A stretch of 64,000 nucleotides of DNA from Macrostomum lignano (Eukaryota), in NCBI GenBank assembly GCA_002269645.1, contig NIVC01001422.1, positions 62,001 to 126,000 of the forward strand, in the 5' to 3' direction. A model generated the notes under the pieces. It was not told the origin of the DNA and searched no databases. It worked only from the letters and a program-made list of their open reading frames with translations. A program made the translations under genes and the position numbers. Positions 1 through 13,046 of this stretch are shown here, piece after piece (position 1 is the first letter of the stretch; each line of letters opens with the position of its first letter).

Positions 1-1313
1 ATAAGCACTTTAGCCCCTAACTAGGGCTCTTACACTAATATTTTGTATTTAGTTTTTGAGTTTGTTGTTAAATGGGAGTGGAAAGCCAGGGGCTTACCGC
101 AGATCAACCCAAAAGGGGGCTCTACTGCAGGGATCTGAAAGGGCCATACTACCAGTGGCATGTAGCCTGAGAGGCTACAAATTGGGACCAGAGCTCAGGA
201 CTCTGGTGAGAGCCTAGTAAATTGGTGCTACTAGCCCAAACCTACGGTACAAGACACTGTCAACCCAAGAAGTGGAATCAGGGATTGTGCTAGGACTGAG
301 TCCACCCAGGCCACCACCTAGCAAACAAGTCCTCGGGAGTGTGCAGAAAAAATTGGAATTTTCAAAAAAGCTTGGGTTACTACTAAAAGCAGTTCAAGAG
401 CAGGGAAACCCCAAAGTCTACAGAAATGGCTTAATTATTAGAGTGAGTCTGGAAGGCTTATTTCCAAAGGGTGAGACTCCAAGTAGGAAGACCATCTACT
501 GGCTACAAACCTAAGGGTATCGCCTATCTAGCTCAATATTGGAGGCTAGGCCAAGGGGTTGGGAAGGGGCACAAGGGGCAAGAGGACCCAGACTCAGCCG
601 GTGTCCCCAAATTGGATGAACTCATTCCCTAGGACACCAATCCACTGTCAGGATGAAAGCCAGAAACACTTAGGCAGGGAGACAGCTAGAGGAGCCAGCA
701 GATAGACCAAGGACAGCATAGGATGGACTGGGCAGGAGGGCAGAGCTCATAACTCCGAAGAATTAGAGCAGCAATCTAAGGCCTTATATTAATAAAAAAA
801 TATAGTAATGGGGTAAAAACAGGACAGAGAAGCACCTGAACCCTATTAGCAGGTAGAGGGACCCTGCTTCCCGGGGCACAGCCTCAGGGCTGGCATCCAC
901 TGGGCTCTACCATACACCTTTGTGAATGGTCATTCTTTCCTACAGGGCAGGTACGACCAGGGGGCTCAAGTCCCATTCTAGCCACATTGCAGTCTAGAGT
1001 ACACACTCACTCCAGGTACACCCTCTAAACCAAGGCCAAGGGCCAAATAATTGGAATGCCCAAAAAAGAAGAGGTGTTATTTTTAGAATGGGCACAGCCC
1101 CTCCAGGGTGGACCCTTAGAAATTGGGCTAGCCAAAGCCAGGCTAATCGGATTGTGCACAACCCTTAGACAAGCCACTAGAGAGGCAGCCAGGGTAAAAA
1201 CAGTCAGAGACAATCTTTTTCTTTTCCTTTTTTCTTTCTTTCTTTGATATATATGAGCACTTTAGCCCCTAACTAGGGCTCTTACACTAATATTTTATAT
1301 TTAGTTTTTGAGT
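1..1313. repeat. ~60-bp direct repeats 1252 bp apart enclosing a CpG-poor segment (decayed TE or long tandem unit)
   Basis: AGCACTTTAGCCCCTAACTAGGGCTCTTACACTAATATTTT..TTTAGTTTTTGAG starts at 4 and at 1256. Confidence 0.7.
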
Positions 1314-2070
1314 TCGGGATTTTTCTTTTTCTGAGAACTGCTCTGTATTAGTAAAGAAGCCCAAAACTCGCGGTTTACCCCTGCTATAATTATTTTCTGC
1401 CCCTAAACTATGCTCTACTACAGATTTTATAGATATAATGATAGGGAAAAAACTGGCATAAAAACTGAAAAAGATTAAAGTTTTTTTGTATTATGGGTAA
1501 AGGTTATTAGTTTCAAATCTATTATTCTTGTATTAGTATTTATGAATATGATTGATAAAACATAATAATTAATATATCAATAGCTATTAAGTTGCCAATT
1601 AATAGTAGAGAGTAGATATAATAAAGATTCAATGTGGTCTTACACTCTATTAGACCAATAAGTGTATAAATTACTCAAGACTGAATTATTTATTATATGA
1701 TATAATCTCAATAAAAAATGATGTTTAAAACAAAAACCATCAGCCCTGAAAGCCAACTATCTAGCCTAAGATATCAGCATCCCATATGAGCTTTGGTTTG
1801 AAAGCATCCAAGCAACCCTCACAAGCCATAGCATTTCAGCAATGCCCCATGAGCCTTGACATCTCGGCATTTTCCCTGACACAGATAAAGTAAAAATGAA
1901 GTACTTAGGAGTTTACTCAGTAAAGTAAAAGCTGATTCTCAGCAAATAATCTCATAGCAGTAGTATAATTTTTATTGTTTAAATCTAATTTCAGACCTAT
2001 ACATCAGTGCAGATGAAGCATTATAATTGCACAGGACGGCAAACTGCTCTTTGATCACTGAAGGCCAGTC

Positions 2071-5000
2071 ATGAATGTGAAGCAATTTTCGCAGCCTGAA
2101 GCAAATCGAGCCTCGGCAGCAGCGGCTCAACTTCAGCAGTTGAGATTGCAAGCTGCTGACGCGGATGCGTCTGAAACTCAACTGGCCGAATGGTGTCTCG
2201 GACGGCCAGACAATGCACCCAAGCAGCGGTCTAATCAGGTCCGGCTGTTTCTGAGCTCCACATTCTCAGGTTGGTTTTTTAAATTTGCAATATTCGTTTT
2301 TTAGGCCTTGTCTGAATTTCAAAAGTTAAGGCTCTTAGTTAAAAAGTTGATATACCATAACTTCAATGTCCTTCCACTTGCATGTCCTTGAACTTGCATG
2401 TCCTTCCACCTGCATGTTCTTAAAGACTGCCGATATGTATCGAAAATTGATTAGTGAGCCGTACAATTCTGAGCAAATAGCAGTTTTCTGAAGGCTTCCA
2501 CCTGCATGTCCTTCCACCTGCATGTCCTTCCACCTGCATGTCCTTCCACCTGCATGTCCTTCCACCTGCATGTCCTTCCACCTGCATGTCCTTCCACCTG
2601 CATGTCCTTCCACCTGCATGTCCTTCCACCTGCATGTCCTTCCACCTGCATGTCCTTCCACCTGCATGTCCTCCATCTACCTTTGCTCTTCCTAACATTT
2701 GCGTCTTTCCTTTGCACCCGCGCACAGACTTCCGCGCCGAGCGCAACTATCTAACGGAGCACGCGTTCTCCGAATTGAAATCCTACTGCGCCACTCTGGG
2801 CTTGGAGTTTCGCGTCTGCGACATGCGCTGGGGCGTCACGGACGCCGCTAAAAGCGACCACGTTGTTGAGTCGCTCTGCCTTAGCGAAATCGAACGCTGC
2901 GAGCGTCGATCCGTTGGCCCGTTCTTTGTCGCGTTGCTAGGCAACCGATACGGCTACCAGCCTGTGCCGCCCAGTATCGAGCAGTCGGAATTCGACATAC
3001 TGTTGGAGTTTGCTAGAAAATTTGCCGCCCAACATGCCGAGATCCTGGCCGACTGGTACCGGCTAGACGAGAACGCTCAACCGCCTGTTTATCAGCTCCG
3101 ACCAATCAGGAGCCGCCTGCCAGCGTATGCCAATTATAGCGACGAAGCTGCCAGGCGCAAGGCCGGGTCGGATTGGTGGGATATCGAGGAAGCTCTGAGG
3201 AATTGCTTGCGCAGGTCTGCTAGCAAGGTAAGCTTAACCTGAAGTACTTTTATGGCTGAATGGCATCGTGTTGACGAAGAAATGGCATAACAAAATCAAC
3301 CTTTTAACAGTCATAGCATTACCCGATAAAATACCCTTTAACTGCCATAGAGTTGTCCGATAAAATACCCTTTTACTACCATTGCATTACCCGATAAAAT
3401 ACCCGTTAACTGGCATAGAATTGCCCGATAAAATATCTGTTAACTGGCATAGAATTACCCGATAAAATACCCTTTAGCTGCCATAGAACTATCCGAAAAA
3501 ATACCCTTTACCTTTCATACTACTGTGCATATGCTACTCACTACCAAAAGCAAACTGAAAGCCACTGAAATATCAATCAGGCCGCGGAGGCTGGCAGCAT
3601 TTCGCAGGAGTCTCTCGCCCGCTACCTGCGCAGCGTTACCGAGGCGGAAGTGATCGCCGCCAGGCAGGCCGCTTCTGGCAGACCAGACAACCAGCTGGTG
3701 TACATTCGCGAGCTCACCGACCTGTGCCTGCACCACGAGGCGGCGGAGAAGTATACTGGTGAGTTTTTTGCCTGCTGGTTCTGTGATCCCAAATCCTCAG
3801 ACTGGGCCTTTTCTAATCCCAGATCCTCAGACTGGGCCTTTTCTAATCCCAGATCCTGAGACTGGGCCTTCTCTAATCTCAGATCCTGAGACTGGGCCTT
3901 CTCTAATCCCAGATCCTGAGACTGGGCCTTCTCTAATCCCAGATCCTGAGACTGGGACTTCTCTAATCCCAGATCCTGAGACTGGGCCTTCTCTAATCCC
4001 AGATCCTGAGACTGGGCCGTCTGTAATCCCAGCCTTCCAGATCCTCAGCTGCTGGGCCAGCCTCCCAGATCCCCAGTTGCTGGGCCAGCCTCCCAGATCC
4101 CCAGTTGCTGGGCCAGCCTCCCAGATCCCCAATTGCAGGGCCAGCCTCCCAGATCCCCAGTTGCTGGGCCAGCCTCCCAGATCCCGAGTTGCTGGGCCAC
4201 CCTCCCAGATCCTTAGTTGCAGGGCCAGGCTCCCAGATCCCCTGTTGCTGGGCCAGCCTCCCAGATCCCCAGTTGCTGGGCCAGCTTCCCAGATCCCCAG
4301 TTGCTGGGCCAGCCTACCGGATCCCCAGTTGCTGGGCCAGCCTCCCAGATCCCCAGTTACTGGGCCAGCCTCCCAGATCCCCAGTTGCTGGGCCAGCCTC
4401 CCAGATCCTCAGTTGCTAGGCCAGCCTCCCAGATCCCCAGTTGCTGGGCCAGCCTCCCAGATCCCCAGTTGCTGGGCCAGCCTCCCAGATCCCCAGTTGC
4501 TGGGCCAGCCTCCCAGATCCCCAGTTGCAGGGCCAGGCTCCCAGATCCCCTGTTGCTGGGCCAGCCTCCCAGATCCCCAGTTGCTGGGCCAGCCAGTTAG
4601 ATTCAGTAACAGTAATCTAACTGTAACAGTAACAGTTAGATTCTCCAGCTTAAGTGCAGCCGTTGACCCTTTTTGCCGCAGACCTGGTGCTCCAAGGCGA
4701 GAACCTGCTGTTAAACACTGAGTCAGCCAGCCTGCTCAAATCACTCAAACAGTCGATCAAGTCCAGCTCCATGCGTTGGCGGGAATTCCTCGTGCCCTGG
4801 GATCGTCGAGGCGTTGTGCCCGAAGGTGTCGAGCAGCACCAGCGCTACCTGGCGAATCTCTCCCGTTGCCTGGTGTCAGATGTATCCAGGATGATTGACC
4901 AGACCATAGCCGCTGGCGGCCTGCACCATCATCAGCAGCAGCAGCTGGCTCCCATGCTGGCTCTTCAGGACGAGTTGGGCCATCACGCCGCGTTCTGTCG

Positions 5001-7517
5001 GGATCGGCTGCGCCAGTTCTGCGGCCGAGAAACGGAGCTGAATTCTATTAAGGAGTGCTGGCTAAATGGCGGGAATGCCAATCAGACTGTGGTTGTGTGG
5101 GCGCCTAGCGGGCACGGTAAAACCGCACTGGTAAGTAAAATATTCTAACTGAATGTACTTTTAAAATGATCAATAATGGGAAACTTAAAAAAAGGACTCC
5201 CGATCGACAATACCTTGCTGTGTCTGCTGATGCACTGAAACAAATTTTTCAGCCAATGAAATCTAATTGGCTAAGAAGGGGTTCCTTCAAAATGCTTCTA
5301 AAAATAGCAACCACTCACAATTGAATCTTTCAGGGGTCCCGAGTAAAGTACCTTGCGTGTTTCTAAAAATAGCAACCACTAAAACAAGCCCTTCAGAGAA
5401 TGAAATCTGATTGGCTGAGACTGGGGTTCTCTAAATGCTTCTAAAAATAGCAACCACTCAATATTAAATCTTCCAGGTGTCTCGAGTAGCGCAAGTCGTA
5501 CCCGAATGGTTTGGCCGAGACTGCGTAGTGGCTCTGCGCTACGTTGGCACTTCGCCAGCCAGCACGGACAGTCTGGGCGTGTTGTCCAGCCTGTGCCGCC
5601 AAATCTGCCTGGCTTATCGACTAAAATGGCGCGAAGATAAGGCGCCTAGGACTGCTGGCGCCGCAAAAGAGATGCTGCATCGGCTAATTATTACGGTTGC
5701 TAGAGATGGTGAGTTCTCACTTTTTAATTTGTTGGATTCGTTTTTAGTCTTAGCTTCTTCATTAAGGTAGTTGGCGCCAAAGAATTTACTGATATTACTG
5801 GCGCTAACAGAATTGTAGAGGCGCTTACAGAAGTTTAGTGGCGCTTATTACTCAAGACTAGGGGCGCTTATTATTAAAGTCCTTTGCTTTATTGGCACCC
5901 ACTTAGATCAGAGTTAAAAATTAGGTGTTGGTAGATTATAATTCAAAGCTCAAAAGTCTTATTTCTACTACTTGTAACAGTAGTAGCTCGTAGTTAACTA
6001 AGTACTGTACTTTGCAACAGGAAAAGATTGCCAAACGCTTACCACACCAATGCTAAAGTGACACATCGACACTTTCCCTCAATTTCTCTATCCATTTCAC
6101 TTGGAATTTTTGTGCGCACCAGTATACATGTTTGCAGATAAGGAAGGCATTGCAATTGACTCGATTAGTCAGCTATATATATATACTTTTGCATATTTAT
6201 ATTACACCAGTCAATGCTAAATACACTTTAATGACTCATTTGAATTTTGAAGCACACAAAATTGCCAACTAATTCGATAACCTAAATTGAGATCTACGTT
6301 TCCAGTCGCAATACGCCATTTCCTAATACCCTAATCCATGGAATCCCGATCTCTGGAATCCTAGTCCCAAGAACCCAATCTCGGAAATCCCAGTCTCAAT
6401 AACCCCAATATAAGAAATCTCAGTTCTAGCAATCCCAGTCCCATTAATCATGATCCCAAATCTCAATAACAGGAATCCCAATGCAAGGAATCCCAACGCC
6501 ACGGTTCCTAATCTCAAGAATCCAAATAACAGGAATCCCAATACCAGGCATCCCAATAATAGGAATCCCAATACCAAAAATCATAATACCAGGCATCCCA
6601 ATACCAGGAATCCCAATACCAGGCATCCCAATAACAGGAATCCCAATACCAGAAATCCCAATACCAGGTATCCCAATAACAGGAATCCCAATACCAGAAA
6701 TCCCAATACCAGGTATCCTAATAACAGGAATCCCAATACCAGAAATCCCAATCCCAGTGATCCCAATAACAGGAATCTCGATCCTTAATAATCCCAATAA
6801 CAGGAATCATAATCCTAATAACAGGTATCCTAATCCTATTAATCCCAATAAAAGGAATTCCAATAACAGGAATCCCATTAACAGGAATCCCATTAACAGC
6901 AATCCCAATGCCAAGATTCCTAATCCCAGCAATTCCAGTCACATAAATCTCAATGCCAGGAATCTCCCCAATAAATCGCGATAAATTTGCATTTTCCAAG
7001 CCTTCTCATGCTAACTTAAGCCACTTATCTCTACTCAAAAATTGCAGCAAGCCGCCCGCCACTGCTGCTGCTGCTGGACAGCCTGGACCAGGCCCGCGAC
7101 CCCATGGCCGCCTGCAGCTGGCTGCCAAACCGCCTGCCCGCCAACGCTCGCGCTCTGCTCTCCGTGTTGCCCGGCCGGCTGCTCGACAGGCTTCGAGCCG
7201 GCGCCCACGGCAGCGGCAGGCAGCAGGCGCAGCATCAGCCGAAGGCCTCCTCCTCACAGAGCTGCTTTGTCCAATTAGAGCCGATGGACTCCGGCTTAGC
7301 TGGCTCCATCGCCGAGGTGCACCTGGCAGCTCGGGGTAGGCGGGTGACGCCGCGCCAGATGGCCGCCCTGCTGGCCGACGGCCGGGAGAGCGCCTTGGCG
7401 CTGCGGCTCAGCCTGGACCGCGCCTGCCGGTGGGCCTCCTACGATGAGGTCAACTCGGAGAATGAGGGTGCGCGACTTTTGTGTTTTGTCGTCTGTCTGT
7501 CTGTCTGCCTGCCTGCC

Positions 7518-7554
<37 letters not shown>

Positions 7555-7586
7555 GCGTCTGTCTGTCTGTCTGTGTCTGTCTATCC

Positions 7587-7624
<38 letters not shown>

Positions 7625-7659
7625 GTCTGTCTATCCGTCTGTCTGTCTGTCTGCCTGCC

Positions 7660-7704
<45 letters not shown>

Positions 7705-7809
7705 GCGTCTGTCTGTCTGTCTGTCTGTGTCTGTCTATCCGTCTGTCTGTCTGTCTGTCTTTCTGTCTGTCTGTCTGCGTCTGTCTATCCGTCCGTCTGT
7801 CTGTCTGCC

Positions 7810-7844
<35 letters not shown>

Positions 7845-10800
7845 TTTTCCGTCCGTCCGTCCGTGTTAACCTGTTTGTTTTGCTTTTTCAGCGCCTGTCT
7901 GCCAGTCTTTTCTGTTTCTGAGCCAAGCCTATTTGGATATTCAAACCACTCACTCTTGCCAATTAACTAGGCGGCCAGAAGCATGGCGGTGCCCTGGCCC
8001 TAATAGGCGCCCTATTCGATGCCCTGGAGGATCGCTACGGCCAGCTGATGGTCCGCCTGACTCTCGGCTTCATCACTGTTGGTGTCAACGGCCTGAGCGA
8101 GCTGGAGCTGGAGGACGCGCTGTCCTGCCAGGACGACCTGCTGAACGAGCTCTATCGCTATCACGATCCGCCGATCAAAGGCGTCGTCCGCGTGCCGCCG
8201 CTGCTCTGGTCGCGAATGCAGCAGGATATTGGCGACTTTGTGGTGACCCGCATCACGGATGGCAAGGCCACGCTTATGTGGTACCACCGGCTGTTTAGGG
8301 AGGCTGCGGAGCGCAGGTGAGACCCGGCCGATCTCTCATTTGTTTCTGGGAAAACTCAATTCTCACCCCATTCTGAGTTCTCATTGTTTGAGAGATCTCA
8401 ATAATTCTCAACCCATTCTGAGTTCCCATGGTTTGAGAGATCTCAATAATTCTCAACCCATTCTGAGTTCCCATGGTTTGAGAGATCTCAATAATTCTCA
8501 ACCCATTCTGAGTTCTCATTGTTTGAGAGATCTCAATAATTCTCAACCCATTCTGAGTTCTCATTGTTTGAGAGATCTCAATAATTCTCAACCCATTCTG
8601 AGTTTCCAGGGTTTGAGAGATCTCAATAATTCTCAACCCATTCTGAGTTCTCAGGGTTTGAGAAATCTCAATTCTCAACCCATTCTGAGTTCTCAGGGTT
8701 TGAGAAATCTCAATTCTCAACCCATTCTGAGTTCTCAGGGTTTGAGAGATCTCAATTCTCAACCCATTCTGAGTTCTCAGGGTTTGAGAGATTTTAATCA
8801 TCAACCCATTCTGAGTTCTCAGGGTTTGAGAGATTTTAATCATCAACCCATTCTGAGTTCTCGGGTTTGAGAGATTTTAATCCTCAACCCATTCTGAGTT
8901 CTCAGGGTTTGAGAGATCTCAATTCTGAACCCATTATTGGCAGCAGCCTGTATGAGCTCATTCACCTTTAATAACACCTGACTTCTCAACTCATCCGGTG
9001 CTCAGATACGCCCCGCCTGAGGCGCAGCGCGACCTGCACCAGCGCCTGTCGCAGATCTACACCAGCGAGGGCCCGATTCGTCGCACCATCCGATTTGCCA
9101 ACGTCAAGCGCAGTCTCGTAGTGCCCGACGCTGACCGGCTGGTGTCCTGGGCGCCGCTGTCTCCCAAGCAGCCAAGGAAACTGCGCTGTTTATTTCGTCA
9201 CCTACTCGAAGCCGGCATGTGGGACCAGTTGATTGACAGCTGCGCCGCCAGCTTGCGCTACCTGCAGGCCGCTATTGACGCTTTTGGCTGCGCCGAGCTG
9301 CTCGCCCAGCTGGACGACGCGCTTCGCCGAGCGGACACTCAGGTTTGGCTTAGCAACACGATTTTCCTTGTCGTTATGTTGTGAGGCACCGCGGAACTAT
9401 TTTTAATAGGAAGGTGGGGAGCGATAGTGTCACTGACAGTAATATTTTTTGGCGCCGCAGTTGAAAGTTTAGTGCCGTAGGTGAAATTTTAGTGCCGGAG
9501 GGGAGATTTTAGCGTCGTAGGTGAGATTTTAGCGTCGCATGTGAGATTTTAATGCCGTAGGTGAGATTTTAGCGCCGCAGGTGGGATTTTAGCGTCGCAT
9601 GTGAGATTTTAGTGCCGCGGATGAGATTTTAGCGTCGTATGTGAGATTTTAGTCCCGCGGGTGAGATTTTAGCGTCGTATGCGAGATTTTAGTGCCGCAG
9701 GTGAGATTTTAGCGTCGTATGTGAGATTTTAGCGCCGCAGGAGAGATTTTAGCGTCGTATGTGAGATTTTAGTGCCGCAGGTGAGATTTTAATGCCGTAG
9801 GTGAGATTTTAGCGCCACAGGAGAGATTTTAGCGTCGTATGTGAGATTTTAGTCCCGCGGGTGAGATTTTAGCGTCGTATGTGAGATTTTAGCGCCACAG
9901 GAGAGATTTTAGCGTCGTATGTGAGATTTTAGCGCCGCAGGAGAGATTTTAGCGTCGTATGTGAGATTTTAGTGCCGCAGGTGAGATTTTAGCGTCGTAT
10001 GTGAGATTTTAGCGCCGCAGGAGAGATTTTAGCGTCGTATGTGAGATTTTAGCGCCACAGGAGAGATTTTAGCATCGTATGTGAGATTTTAGCGCCGCAG
10101 GAGAGATTTTAGCGTCGTATGTGAGATTTTAGCGCCGCAGGAGAGATTTTAGCGTCGTATGTGAGAATTTAATTCCCGCGGGTGAGATTTTAGCGTCGTA
10201 TGTGAGATTTTAGTGCCGCAGGTGAGATTTTAGCGTCGTATGTGAGATTTTAGTGCCGCAGGAGAGATTTTAGCGTCGTATGTGAGATTTTAGCGCCACA
10301 GGAGAGATTTTAGCGTCGTATGTGAGATTTTAGCGCCGCAGGTGAGATTTTAGCGTCGTATGTGAGATTTTAGTGCCGCAGGAGAGATTTTAGCGTCGTA
10401 TGTGAGATTTTAGTGCCGCAGGTGAGATTTTAGCGTCGTATGTGAGATTTTAGCGCCGCAGGAGAGATTTTAGCGTCGTATGTGAGATTTTAGCGCCACA
10501 GGAGAGATTTTAGCGTCGTATGTGAGATTTTAGCGCCGCAGGTGAGATTTTAGCGTCGTATGTGAGATTTTAGCGCCGCAGGAGAGATTTTAGCGTCGTA
10601 TGTGAGATTTTAGTGCCGCAGGTGAGATTTTAGCGTCGTATGTGAGATTTTAGCGCCGCAGGAGAGATTTTAGCGTCGTATGTGAGATTTTAGCGCCACA
10701 GGAGAGATTTTAGCGTCGTATGTGAGATTTTAGCGCACGCTAAATGCGCTAGATTTTAGCGCCATTAAGCACCGCAGTTGCGACTTGAGACTTGCAGATT

Positions 10801-13013
10801 ATTTTCTTCATGCAGGGAGCACAAGCCATCCATTGTCACTAGGGGGGGGGGGCAACTAACTCATTTTGACTCCCCCTGGTTGGCTCCCTGATTGCAGTTA
10901 GGCAATAATCTCAAATCCTTGTATCCGCCAGGCGTTAGCTGCCTTCATCCCCTGTTCCGCGGTGCCTGTTCTTAAAGATCTCAAAGGTCTGTAGGCAGAC
11001 CTATTGTAAACAGGTTAAGACGTCGATTCGGAGTATTGCAAATTTTGCTAGAAGCAGAAGTTTCTTAATAAGATGCCGAAGCATATTAGAGTTAAAAGAC
11101 AGACATAGTTACTCCCGCTGATTACCTATATCGATTTACTCGTGCACTTAAATCGCTTCCCCTTCACCACCCACGCCAGCTGTCGCCAACCTCCGAGCTG
11201 CCGTTCGCTCTGCGCGCGGTGCACGACTGCGTCAGCTTCGCCCGCAACTGGCTGGACCCCGGCGACGACCGGACCGCCCTTCCCGTCCAACTGCTCGGCC
11301 AGCTGCGCGGCCTGGACGGTTGGCGGCCGTTGCAGTCGCTTTGTCGACAGTGCGTCGACTATCTGATAGGAGGCTCCTCATACGCCGCCGCTGAAGCTCC
11401 CCGCCTCCTGCCGGCCATGGCCTGCTTCCCTACCTGCCTGGCTGATCTCAAGTGGAGCCTACAGTCAGTTGCGGCCGTGTGGACCCGGCCCTGGGACTCC
11501 AGCCGCTTAGCTGTGCTAATTAGCAATTCTTCAGCATCTTCGTCCTCGTCTGCCACTGCCGGCGCCGCCAATCAGCTGCGATTGTACAGCGCCGACACCT
11601 TGGCCGCTGTGTGCTCGGTCAGGCTGGAGTCCACGCCGCTGGATGTTGCTATGTGCCCGCATGCGGCCCTGCTGGCAGTGCTGGATCAGCGCTACGTCCG
11701 ACTGTACGATTGGGACACCGGCCAGGTGTTGTGCAAGCACGGCGTTAATATTAATAATAAATTGCCATTGAATCGGGCTTTGGCCGTTTCTAGGCAAGGT
11801 CAGTGCCTTGTTATATTGTGAGCTTCAGTCGTGGAAAGAATTCTATTCTTTCCTCCAAGAATTCAGCTGATTAACTAAATCTACACTAACCTTTCTGACC
11901 CATTAGTTTTACTGGGATTTCTTCCTTTTGTATCCATCCCCTGAGCCCACCGTCTGGTTGCTATGCCCTCCAGGCCGGTTTCTATGCCCTCCAGGCCAGT
12001 TGATATGCCCTCCAGGCCGGTTGCTATGCCCTCCAGGCCTGTTGCTATGCCCTCCAGTCCTGTTGCTATGCCCTTCAGGCATGTTGCTATGTCCTCCAGG
12101 CCGGTTGCTATGCCCTCCAGGCCTGTTGCTATGCCCTCCAGGCCAGTTGCTATGCCCTTCAAGCTGGTTGCTATGCCCTCCAGGCCTGTTGCTATGCCCT
12201 TCAGGCATGTTGCTATGCCCTCCAAGCCGGTTGCTATGCCCTCCAGGCCTGTTGCTATGCCCTCCAGGCCGGTTGCTATACCCTTCAGGCATGTTGCTAT
12301 GCTCTCCAGGACAGTGGCTATGCCCTCCAGGCCAGTTGCTATGCCCTTCAAGCTGGTTGCTACGTCATCCACTGATCCTTCGGGCTGGTTGCTATGCCAT
12401 CCCTTAAGTTTTTGAAACTAATCCCTTGCCTGCCAATGCCTGCTCAGTTCAAGCCTGTCATCTCACATTATCGCACCGTGAGTCTATTGTTATTCCTCAT
12501 CCCCCGCTGCAGCCAACTGGCTGGCCATAGCGGCCGAGGATCGAATCGCACTGCTGGTGAACTCGGCTTACAGCGCCGGCAAATTGAAGATGCCAGCCAA
12601 TCAGAAGAAGTCGGAGCCGGCCAGCAGTTTCAGCGTCCATCACAAGCAGCTGCTCATTGCCAAAGGCGTGGAGTCCACCTTTCAGCTGGCCTTTCCGGAT
12701 ACGGAGACCGAGAACCTCCTGGTTTCGCTGCACCACGTCGGACTGCACCAGAAGCATGCCGCTGTTAAATGCTGGAAACACGACGAGAAACTGTTGCTAT
12801 GGACTCGCGAATTTGAATTACCGTCTGCGCAGCAGCAAGCTCTATTACCCGGCTTTGCCTGCCATCCGTCTGTGGAAGATCTGCTTGTGCTGGTGCTGTC
12901 CGACTGTAGAGTCCTGCAGATAGAGATTACCTCTGGCCAGGTGAGCTCTTGTGTGCCTGTCTGTCTGTCTGTCTGCCTGCCTGCCTGTCTGTCTGTCTGT
13001 CTGCCTGCCTGCC

Positions 13014-13046
<33 letters not shown>

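Noticed and set aside
10813-10890. Tiny CAGGGAGC..GCTCCCTG inverted-repeat element
   Set aside because: Short TIR and no TSD; cannot be separated from the enclosing element.
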